Source of the DNA: an uncultured virus (IMG/VR IMGVR_UViG_3300001255_000001)
Taxonomy: Duplodnaviria > Heunggongvirae > Uroviricota > Caudoviricetes
Length of the DNA stretch: 20,000 nt
IMG/VR virus record: IMGVR_UViG_3300001255_000001
Location: 52,297 to 72,296 of that record
Reading direction: 5' to 3' (one strand)
Under the pieces are notes generated by a model. It did not search any database. It saw only the letters and a list, made by a program, of their open reading frames with translations, and was not told the origin of the DNA. Below are positions 1 through 9,000 of this stretch, piece by piece. The translations under genes and the position numbers were made by a program. The first letter of the stretch is position 1, and each line of letters starts with the position of its first letter.

Positions 1-1028
1 CTTGCATTAAATAATAGTCCTCGTTTGCCAGTTTCTATTCCATATCCAAATTTAAAGGCAGTTGAATCTGCATCGCCAGCATTTGCTTTTGCTCTAAAAA
101 ATCCACTGACATCTACTGTGCTTGCAATATAAGGGGTTCCACCAACAGTAACATTTGTTCCAGCAACATAGCTAGACGATGTGTTGTTGTATTCATCATA
201 TGTTGCAACTGCTATTTCATAAACCAAACCTGCACCTAATCCCGCAAGCCTGTATGAAGTTCCAGTTCCAGGAGAGTCCGCATATGAGTAGCTTGACTCT
301 GGAGTAGTTATTGGCCTAAATCTTATTCTATATCCACGGATTCCACCTCCAGTAACTGCTGGCCATGATATGTTTGCGTATCCGTTAAATCCTACAATTC
401 CTGTGGTGTCTAGTCCGCCAGATGTGTTTACAGAATCAACGTTTCCTGGACCAGTTACATCTACTACAATTGGGTCAGTTGCTTTAAATGGACCAGAGAT
501 AACGCTTTTTTTTCGATAGTCTTGATCTCTAGTATCTACACGTATCCATCTATTATTTGTATCAGATACTAATATTGTTGCAGAGTTACCATTTCCATTC
601 CAAACTAAATATTCTTCTCCTGCAAATGCTCCAGTTAAGCTTTCGTATATTTGTATATCAATTAGCCATTTATTTTCAGGTAATGATTTATCAATTAGAT
701 CCCACTTAACTCCATAAGATAATAGTCCAGGTGTTACAACTAAATTTGTGACTGGTCTAGTTAAATCAGGTGTCGCCAAAGTAAAAGTAAAGTTTGGAGA
801 ACTTGGTCCAACTATTGTCTCTGAAGTGTTATCTGGATCTTCATACAAGTACGCAAAGGCCATCTTATAGACCGCACCTTGGACAACATTGAATCCTGAT
901 TTTTGTACTGTGAATGAGCCTGGAGTTTTTTTATTTGCATTTGCTGCTGCATCCGCATCTGATCTCTCTTGGTCTGCTGGTATAGTCTCTCCGCCGCCAT
1001 CATGAGCCTGAATCCATCTGAATGACAT
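1..1028 (-). CDS. Fibronectin type III domain tail-tip/fiber protein (3' end runs off the window; not in the ORF track)
   Basis: The ATG at 1026-1028 overlaps the upstream TAA (TAATG). By manual translation the frame stays open to position 1: MSFRWIQAHDGGGETIPADQ...RPVTNLVVTPGLLSYGVKWD...GPGNVDSV...ANISWPAVTGGGIRGYRIRFRP...GTSYRLAGLGAGLVYEIAVATYDEYNN. It shows FN3 hallmarks (P-x-N-L/V, 'ISW', 'GYRI', 'L-x-G-L...Y-x-I-x-V'). Confidence 0.85.
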   Translation of the reverse strand, partial: MSFRWIQAHDGGGETIPADQERSDADAAANANKKTPGSFTVQKSGFNVVQGAVYKMAFAYLYEDPDNTSETIVGPSSPNFTFTLATPDLTRPVTNLVVTPGLLSYGVKWDLIDKSLPENKWLIDIQIYESLTGAFAGEEYLVWNGNGNSATILVSDTNNRWIRVDTRDQDYRKKSVISGPFKATDPIVVDVTGPGNVDSVNTSGGLDTTGIVGFNGYANISWPAVTGGGIRGYRIRFRPITTPESSYSYADSPGTGTSYRLAGLGAGLVYEIAVATYDEYNNTSSSYVAGTNVTVGGTPYIASTVDVSGFFRAKANAGDADSTAFKFGYGIETGKRGLLFNA

Positions 1029-1915
1029 TATAGAAACCCTAAATTGATTTTATATTCTATGTCCATCTCTACTCCCAAAACCTTTACTATTGGGCTAGAA
1101 AGAACTGATCTGCTTATAAGTCCATACTGCGGATTATATCTATCGTCATCATTAAGTCTTAGTCCATCTAAAAGCACTGTCGTAGAGACAGAAGTTTTGG
1201 CTTTTGCTCCAACCTCAATCTTTATTATGTTAGCAAAGTCTGTTGTTCCAGCTGAAGTAAATGCTGAGTTAAAAAGATTTGACAACTTAGTGGTTAATAC
1301 CTTATGCCCAATAGACGTGGCTCCAGCAAATCTAACCTCTTTGTAATTAGAGGCGGAGCTATAAAATCTTGCGTAAACATAATCTAAGTTTAAATCAGAT
1401 TGGTAAAATGCAAAACTTATGCTGTCATCTACACCGTATCCAGAAATATCAAATATAGTATCTAGGCTATACGATTTAGACCCACCGCTAACAGCAGATA
1501 CGGTAAAAAATGAAGATCCTATTTTTGGAGTTGGAATTGAAACTGTTGTTGGTGGGTTACCAGCACTGTCAAGCCAAGAAGATGCATTCTCAAATGAAGA
1601 TATATATTTTGAAGAGTAGTCTGTGTTTTGAGCAAAGGCTGTAGGAAAGATTCCAATTTCTGAAATAATGCCTTCTGTATCTGTTGGTAAAGTAGACTTA
1701 TACACTACAGCATAAGTTGTTTGGCCAGTAGAGGTATTTGTCTGTATGTCTATGCTTCCTAAACTTACTCCAGTTCTATAAAATTCAAATTCCAAGTCTG
1801 TGTCGTTTACGGTTGCTGGTGTTGAGCCTATGCCTATTGCAATATCTTTTTGATTAAAGTTAAGGCCATTTGCTAAGTAAGAAGTAATAAATCTTTTACC
1901 AAATTTTGTTATCAT
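1028..1915 (-). CDS. Minor tail protein (tail-collar/baseplate-like N- and C-termini with a beta-sandwich insert)
   Basis: 295-aa ORF with an ATGA overlap with the upstream gene. The N-terminus MITKFGKRFITSYLA...IAIGIGSTPATVNDTDLEFE and the C-terminus LISRSVL..PIVK....DIEYKI resemble phage collar/baseplate-attachment domains. It lies in the tail-tip region. Confidence 0.65.
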   Translation of the reverse strand: MITKFGKRFITSYLANGLNFNQKDIAIGIGSTPATVNDTDLEFEFYRTGVSLGSIDIQTNTSTGQTTYAVVYKSTLPTDTEGIISEIGIFPTAFAQNTDYSSKYISSFENASSWLDSAGNPPTTVSIPTPKIGSSFFTVSAVSGGSKSYSLDTIFDISGYGVDDSISFAFYQSDLNLDYVYARFYSSASNYKEVRFAGATSIGHKVLTTKLSNLFNSAFTSAGTTDFANIIKIEVGAKAKTSVSTTVLLDGLRLNDDDRYNPQYGLISRSVLSSPIVKVLGVEMDIEYKINLGFL

Positions 1916-2292
1916 ATTATAATAGCCCCTTTTACAATATCTCCTACGCTGTTTTTTACTTCAAAGGTGACTCTGAGAAACCTATTGTTGTTTGAGTCAT
2001 AGTATATTTCTGGGTCAGTAATTATTGATCCAGAAGAATATCGTTTGCCTGTTTTACCTATAAGAGTAATGTCTTCTAGATTTGGAGCCAGAACTGGTTC
2101 TGGCGGTGGCTCTGGAGGTCCATCAGAACCTTCTTCTGGAACATAAGTCTTATCTACCTGGTTTGTATATAGATTTACAAGATCGTATTGATCTGTTTTT
2201 AATATACCAATTAGGGGTGAGTCTAGTGGTAGCTGGACTTTGATTCCACCAGCTATTTGAGATTTTCCTATTTTAGGATTTTTTCTAACCAT
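1912..2292 (-). CDS. Hypothetical virion/tail-tip protein with a Pro-rich linker
   Basis: 126-aa ORF packed between tail genes, with its TGA overlapping the next ATG. Contains GPPEPPPEPVLAP. Confidence 0.65.
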   Translation of the reverse strand: MVRKNPKIGKSQIAGGIKVQLPLDSPLIGILKTDQYDLVNLYTNQVDKTYVPEEGSDGPPEPPPEPVLAPNLEDITLIGKTGKRYSSGSIITDPEIYYDSNNNRFLRVTFEVKNSVGDIVKGAIII

Positions 2293-2298
2293 ATAAAG

Positions 2299-2307
2299 AT
2301 TCTACCA
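2299..2307 (-). promoter_or_regulatory. Extended -10 promoter (TGgTAGAAT) 6 nt before the ATG; probable leaderless transcript
   Basis: Minus strand reads TAAtgaaaTGGTAGAATctttatATG. There is no Shine-Dalgarno motif in the 20-nt gap. Confidence 0.55.
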
Positions 2308-2312
2308 TTTCA

Positions 2313-5300
2313 TTAAACATAAATCGACCTGCATGTTATTCTTGTAGATGGGTCAGAGCTATAGGCCTGCTCTATGTCCAAAACTATATACTTACCTGCC
2401 GTTTTGCCTGTATCCTCTGTAGAATATACTAAGTTATTAGGATAAGATATTTCGACAATATCTCCTATTTCAAGTATTGGGTTGGGGAAAATATCAAGGG
2501 TCAGAACAATCTGTTGCTTTGACCACTGGGTTCTCATCCATTCAGATAATTTTTTTGCCTCTTCTTCTCTTTGTATCCATGTAGACTCAAAGGCTACTTG
2601 CTCATCATTTTTAGTTGAAGAAAAGTCTGGGTCTATGTACTCAAATGGATCCAGTGTTGTTATTGTTTCTCCGACAACAATAAAGCTTTTTTCTCCTCCG
2701 TCTGCTATATCAACAAATGCTCCTGTGTTATTTAATATGTAGGCATCTATTCCAAACGAGGTTGCATCGTGCCCTATAAGTGTAACGTTTGGATTTAAAA
2801 TTATTTGAGGATATTTAACAAGACCTGGCCTTGTTGAATATTTAGTCGATATTTTTTTTATCTCTCTTGCCACTGGCCCAAATTCTTTTATCCATGGGGC
2901 TTTATAGGAAGATTCGGCACCAGAAAAAACAAAATCTCCAAATAAGTTCTGCAAAGAGTTTGATGCTGAAATATATGAGCCATAGTTATCGTACGAGTTA
3001 GAAGAGTTAAATTCATTTTTAGTTAAAGAAGAGCAGTATGCATAGTCAAAGGCTGCCTCTCCTTCAATTCCAATAAGTGAGATCTTTGAGTTTATTGCTA
3101 TAGGGGATTCATCAGTTGCCGTAATGAGTTGATTATTAAATTTAATTTTAAATATTTTTTTACCAGTTGTGGCCTTAGACACCTTAACGTCTATTCTATA
3201 AAATCTTCCTCCAGAAACTCCAGTAATTGAATTGTCTTCAGCTGTTTGTGTGTCTGTTACTTTTGATTCTTTACCGTCTACAAGTTTCCAAAGTTGCACA
3301 TCTCTGTATCCCAATCCTTTGGTTGCAACGTTCTGTGAAGTTGAAATTTTTAATATGTAGCCATTTAAATTACTAGCGTCCAGCCCTATGCCTAGTGCAG
3401 CAGATACCGCTTGCTCTCCAGTTACTCTTCCAAAAGAATTTCTTGCAAGCTTGAAAAACAATGCTGTTCCTACTGAAAAATATTCTTCTGTAGACATGTT
3501 AACGGTATCTGGAGTAATTGATGCACAATAATATTCTTTAGATGCTGGGGGGACAACAATGTGAAGTAGTGATCTTGACACTTCTACTTCTTTTACTATT
3601 GGGCCCTCTGATTGCTTTTCCTTCTGCTTTAATGTAAATACTGATTGATCTGCAACATTTGTTTTTGCAGAAAGATTTAACCTAGATCCAAACCATTCAT
3701 TTTTTAACTTATCAATCTCTACTTTGTGCTCTTCTCCAACACCAACTCCCTTACCAGTAGCATTGAATGAATTTCTTTCTTTGATTCTATATCTTAGAGT
3801 TGATTTAAAAGAACCCAGTACGCTTTCTCCCAACCACTTTGCTATATCTGAATCAGAAGTTATCCATTTATACTTGATTGTATTTGGCGCAGAAATTGGT
3901 TCATACTGAAATTCAATTGCATCGTATTTAATTATTTCATTATTTATTAAAAAATATCCAGACTTATTATAAAAAGATGTGTCGGCCAAAGAACTGTACA
4001 CGCTTATTGGTGCAAGTGATACCACTCCTAATGGGGTGTCTTCTGTAACAGGTGGTGTTGCTAATAAAGTATTCTGTAAGGCGGCTGCACCAATTGCAGA
4101 AGGTGGAGAGACATAAAGGTTGTCTGAAGAACCAGAGTAGTTTGTACTTATTATTGGTGAGTAAATTACTTTAACTGCTTTAACTGAAGGCACAGTTTCT
4201 TTATTCATAGAAATTATATTAGGCAGATTTAATAATTTTTTTTCGCTTCTAAACTTAAAACTAGCTTCTCTTGTTTTATCAAATAGGTAGTCTCTGGGAT
4301 AGAACTGAAGTATGTCGTTGTTATCAAATGTAGCTATCATTTGAGTGTCTCTGCATAAATCCTGTATATGTTCCCAGACTGTCTTTGTGTCTTCTGTATA
4401 CCAAAATAAAGGGACTATGGTAGCTGTATCGGCTAAGTCTGTGCTATCTTTATTATATGTATTAAAATTATATGAATTAAATCCTATGCCGTCTAATAGC
4501 CTTCTAATAATAGCTTGTGATGGAGCATTTTGAATTACAATATCTGGAGCTAATATTTCTTGTAAAAATTTAGCTCCGTCTAGGCCTTGTATATCAATAT
4601 CTCCAAACTCAGATAACATGAAGGAGTCCATATAAAATACTCCCTGAAAAATCATGTCTGATCCTATTTTATTAAATGGCATTATCTTAACGTTTTTATA
4701 CAAATTAATATTGTTTTTATTAAATGCCAAAGTTTTATCATACTCTACTCCCTTTTTATCAAATCCCTCCAGGGATAATGACAAAGCATTTGCTGTTACT
4801 GATCCTACTGGAACAATTCCAGATGAGTCGTCGGAAGACATTTTTGAAGCCTGAAAAGAAATTACTCTGTCAGAAACATCCTGTATGTATCTTGCTCCTA
4901 TTTCAATAACTCCTAGGTATGAGTTTGCCTTGCTAATTGTGTTTACTGTTACAGTAATGTTCTTAATATCTACTGGAACTGATGGCGTTGTAAATTTTGT
5001 AGTTGACCATGAAGATGGGCTTGACCATAGTCCTCCGTTATAATAAAGTTGAAATACTCCTGTATCACTACTCGATACAACTGTATTTGTAAATATAGTG
5101 GCTTCTACATCCTGATGGTTTTTTATTTTAATTGACCAACTGACTGGCTTTGAGTATGAAGTCTCAAATTTAACAACTATAGTATTTGCTACAGCTGTTT
5201 TTACTACTGGATACTCTACAGTAATATTACAGTTAGGTAGAGAAAGGTTTTCTGCTGGGCCAGCCAAAAAGTATTTATACTGATTCTTTGCACTAGCAAA

Positions 5301-5645
5301 ATAAAGTCTGGAAGGTAGCTCCTTTGAAACATTATATTTTGGTATGGCAACTGGTACCATTTTGTTTAATAAAAAATAGCCTATGCCTGCAGAAGAAGGT
5401 CTTCTTGGATCTATTATATTTGTTAGCGGAAATAGTTTTTTATATGGGTAATATTCTTTTCCAGAAGTAGTAGTTTGTTTTATTTTAAGATCGCCTTCTG
5501 GATTTTCATCGGTTCCATTTGGCCCTCTTACTTTAGCACCTAAAATCAAATCGTTCATATTATATTCTAGCCAGCATCCGCCCGACATTGAATAGGATAC
5601 AGACTGATTAATTAAATTTAAGGTTGATGGGCTTACGGTTTGCAT
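2313..5645 (-). CDS. Large minor tail protein (baseplate hub/Tal-position protein), ~1110 aa
   Basis: Long beta-rich ORF two genes after the TMP. The C-terminus 'FESTWIQREEEAKKLSEWM...FPNPILEIGDIVEISY...YIVLDIEQ' resembles hub/tail-protein C-termini. I moved the start from 5678 to MQTVS at 5645, where the ATG overlaps the upstream TAA. Confidence 0.7.
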   Translation of the reverse strand: MQTVSPSTLNLINQSVSYSMSGGCWLEYNMNDLILGAKVRGPNGTDENPEGDLKIKQTTTSGKEYYPYKKLFPLTNIIDPRRPSSAGIGYFLLNKMVPVAIPKYNVSKELPSRLYFASAKNQYKYFLAGPAENLSLPNCNITVEYPVVKTAVANTIVVKFETSYSKPVSWSIKIKNHQDVEATIFTNTVVSSSDTGVFQLYYNGGLWSSPSSWSTTKFTTPSVPVDIKNITVTVNTISKANSYLGVIEIGARYIQDVSDRVISFQASKMSSDDSSGIVPVGSVTANALSLSLEGFDKKGVEYDKTLAFNKNNINLYKNVKIMPFNKIGSDMIFQGVFYMDSFMLSEFGDIDIQGLDGAKFLQEILAPDIVIQNAPSQAIIRRLLDGIGFNSYNFNTYNKDSTDLADTATIVPLFWYTEDTKTVWEHIQDLCRDTQMIATFDNNDILQFYPRDYLFDKTREASFKFRSEKKLLNLPNIISMNKETVPSVKAVKVIYSPIISTNYSGSSDNLYVSPPSAIGAAALQNTLLATPPVTEDTPLGVVSLAPISVYSSLADTSFYNKSGYFLINNEIIKYDAIEFQYEPISAPNTIKYKWITSDSDIAKWLGESVLGSFKSTLRYRIKERNSFNATGKGVGVGEEHKVEIDKLKNEWFGSRLNLSAKTNVADQSVFTLKQKEKQSEGPIVKEVEVSRSLLHIVVPPASKEYYCASITPDTVNMSTEEYFSVGTALFFKLARNSFGRVTGEQAVSAALGIGLDASNLNGYILKISTSQNVATKGLGYRDVQLWKLVDGKESKVTDTQTAEDNSITGVSGGRFYRIDVKVSKATTGKKIFKIKFNNQLITATDESPIAINSKISLIGIEGEAAFDYAYCSSLTKNEFNSSNSYDNYGSYISASNSLQNLFGDFVFSGAESSYKAPWIKEFGPVAREIKKISTKYSTRPGLVKYPQIILNPNVTLIGHDATSFGIDAYILNNTGAFVDIADGGEKSFIVVGETITTLDPFEYIDPDFSSTKNDEQVAFESTWIQREEEAKKLSEWMRTQWSKQQIVLTLDIFPNPILEIGDIVEISYPNNLVYSTEDTGKTAGKYIVLDIEQAYSSDPSTRITCRSIYV

Positions 5646-6097
5646 TATACTTCTTCCAGTGCGATAGATAGGTCCCAAAATGCTTGTGCAGTGTCCGCCG
5701 CATTTTCTTTAACATTTCTTCTTACCATAGTTGCTGAGCATGAAGTAAATGAGGCAAGGAAAGTTTCTGTTCTTGTAGAATTATATGCAATTTTTACATT
5801 AAATGTGCCTTGTCCATGAGCACTTAAATAAAAGTTTTTTATATCTTCTGCTCCCCAGTATCCATCTACGGTCATAGAGGTGTATGAAGGGACCATGCTC
5901 CAGGAGGTAGAGACTGTCTTCTTATCGGCTATAAACAGCTTTCTAAGGCTTCCATTGGCCATCCTAGAAGTCTTCTCGAACCTTTGTGTTTCTACTACTA
6001 TGGGGCTTCTGTTATGTTCAGTTAATGAATGGAAAACGCCAGCAGCGTCTTGCACAAACAAAGCTGCTCCTGCTGGTAAAACTAAAGCCGTTGCCAT
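5645..6097 (-). CDS. Distal-tail (Dit)-position minor tail protein
   Basis: 150-aa ORF directly after the TMP with TAATG coupling at both ends. Sequence pattern 'RMANGSLRK.....K...S.SW..VP' and ending 'WDLSIALEEV', typical of small Dit-like proteins. The function is assigned mostly from synteny. Confidence 0.6.
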   Translation of the reverse strand: MATALVLPAGAALFVQDAAGVFHSLTEHNRSPIVVETQRFEKTSRMANGSLRKLFIADKKTVSTSWSMVPSYTSMTVDGYWGAEDIKNFYLSAHGQGTFNVKIAYNSTRTETFLASFTSCSATMVRRNVKENAADTAQAFWDLSIALEEV

Positions 6098-9000
6098 TAT
6101 ATATTCTTCCCCTGTCCAACCATTTTAACATTAACCTTAGCCTTTTGTCCAATAACTGCTTCTGCTTTGCGAACAATTATATTGGATAGGGCCTCTACAT
6201 CCATTCCATCAGATGCGTATATGTTTTGGTTAACAGTATAAGATGCTCCAGATGAACCTTCCCCTCTTATGCCAAATGAAGGTCTATCAAAATTATATCT
6301 AGGCATTGCCGCCTCTGGATTAAATGGATTCATTGTAGCAGGTATTATAGACTCATTTTTATGAATCAGAGCTAACATATCTTGTGGAACTACATTAATT
6401 CCATCTTTAAATTTAGGAACATTTAGTTTTCCATTACTAATATATCCGCCTGTAGCAGCGGATGTTGAATTATGTATAGCTGGCCAGATTCCTTCTAGCA
6501 GTGGTTTAAAAGATTTTCCATATTTTTCATACTGCTCTATAAATCTTTCAAGAGTAGAAGGCAAAAATTCATCAAGAACTCCATGGGTTTTTATAAGTTC
6601 TGATTTTGGCAATATATTTTTTAATAGCTTTATACGGTTTTCTGGGTCTAGCGTGGCAACAACGGCATGGAATGTGTCGGAATTTGTTAGCTTTCCGCCA
6701 GTATGAACAATGGTGTCCATTAACCATTTTGGACCACCTTTGCCATTTACGGCAAATGCTTCGTTTAAATATTCTCCCTGGAATAATGATAGCCTGTCTA
6801 TTAACGCTTTGCTAAGCCTTGCTACGCCTGGGACCCTTTCTCCAGCTAGCATATCCCTTGCTTCTTCTCTTGACATTTTTAAAACATCAATAAAATATTT
6901 TTCTACAGCCGCATAACCCTTTTTGTTTTGTGACCATAGAGAAGGAGCTCCGCCTCGCATGTCCCATACCTTTGACATGTCTTCTGGGACTCTAAATAAA
7001 GTTTTCCATAACGATCCGCCTTTTTCTGCATTTTTACCTACTGCATACTCTCTTGCCATTATTTTTTCTACAGTAGCAAATAAATCAAAATTAAATATGT
7101 TTCCGCTTAAAGAAACATTTTTAGAAGATGGAGTTAGTCTATTTAAAAGATCTTCTGGTAAGTTTCCTCCATGATAAAAATCTTGTTTAAAAAGTTCTTC
7201 TAATGAAAGGTCTAGCCCTAGGCCTGTGTCGGCTGTAGTTTTGCTCATATTCATCTTTTTTGCTGATCTTAGTGCTTGAATACTTCCTACGGGGGTATAT
7301 CTGTAAAGAAAATCAGATATCATTTTTGGTGAAAATTTTAAAAGTTTCTGTGAGATATTTTCTTTTGAGAACATTGAAGTTAATTTACCAACTCCATTTT
7401 TTAATGGAGTCATGACTGGGTTTATAAATTTATTTTTCATTGCTGCTGCGGCCTCTCCCAATGCTTGCATGGGATGGAGTTTAGATGGAGGCAAGTTTGT
7501 AAACCAATCATCATCATTTGCAGGCCCTGGTGGAGCACCTGATCCGCTTCGCCTTGGTGGAGGTGGCCTATTAACTATATCTTCAAAATAAGACTTTCCA
7601 GTTGTTGATGTATAGTCAAAAGCATTTTTAAACTTGCGAATTAGACCTTCTGGTTTAAGGCCTATTGCTTTATATAAATTATTTTGAAGTGGCTTTACTT
7701 TACCTAAAGTGTTCCAGGTGACTAATTTTAACAGATCCTTTCCAAGAGACGGTATTTTGCTAAGCGCTCTAATTAAAGGTGCGCCAAGTGAAGATGACTG
7801 TTTTGCTACATTTGCTGTCGGATTTGCAAGTGCCGATCTGGCAGACCCCATTCCAAGAAAGTTGAGTGGGAAAAGTATTGAACTTAGAGTATCTCCTGAT
7901 TCAGCCTGTCCAGCCATTTTTCTTAATATTGATCCAGCACCAAGAGCGTCTGCTTTGTTGTTTGATGTCATGAAAGATGGAAGCATTCCTGCTGCTTCTT
8001 TTTGAGATTTTGTTAGCTCTGATACATATCTTTGGAACCAATTTTGTTTTTCTGGAAGATTTCTTCCGTGCCTATGCCCAACTGGTCCACCCTTGTGGAA
8101 CAACAGTGGGCCAAACCCATATGCACCGTTTCCAGAAAAGCCCATAGAGGCTCCAGATCCTGCTAAACGCATTGGATCTTTATCAATACCCATTCCTGGA
8201 CCACGATATTTACTTGGCTGCTCAGCCATCTGATGCCAGTAATCTGATTGTTGTGGTGTCTTTCCAGTAAATTTAAGTCCTGGAATTTCTGTTCCGCCCC
8301 AGATGTCTTTACCCTTTGAAGGATTGTATCTTAGCTCTCCCCACCTTCCAGTGCGTGGATCTCCAGTTGGCTTTCCGTTGCTCCAGTAATCTGGAAGATC
8401 AGGACGCCATGGGAAAAATGGAAGCTGCTGTTTTTGAGGCTTCTGTTTACCTACTGGGCCACCTTCTGCTCTTCTAAGGGCTTTGTGCAAAGAATCTACG
8501 GCGTCTGGTCCACCAGCTGCATCTACAGCCTTTGCACTAAATACATATTCTCCATCTGAAAGCATTGCTGGAATTGAATCTGATGTTGCGGTACCTGGAC
8601 CAGATACTTTTCCGCCTTCATGTAAAGCGGGGCCCTTTGGAGCTGGCCCAGTCCAAATTGGAGTTCCGCCAGTAGTATTTTGTCTATATCTTTGGCCATC
8701 AACTATAAATGTTTCTCCTGGCTGAAGGTCAAGTCTCTTTCTAATAGCGTCACGAGCTTGTGCATTCAGAACTTGTACTTTTTTGCCATCATACTCTTTA
8801 GTTTCTTTGCTGTCAGAATAATCACCAGTTACCTTAATGTTTTCTCTTAGTGCAGGTTTTCCATTTATTCCCTTGACTGCATCAACAACATCTTTTAGAG
8901 TTGCTCCGTCACCTAATGCTTTTACAAGAGCCGTATTTACTCCTGTAGCAGCACCAGATTTTGCTAGAAGCTCTAATGCGTTTTCATATGGGGCAATTGG

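Noticed and set aside
812..1003. 63-aa Gln-rich minus-strand ORF
   Set aside because: It is an out-of-frame shadow within the longer, coupled FN3 gene starting at 1028.
5646..5678. N-terminal extension MGPIYRTGRSI of the hub protein
   Set aside because: It overlaps the upstream gene; the TAATG-coupled ATG at 5645 fits the pattern seen throughout the operon.
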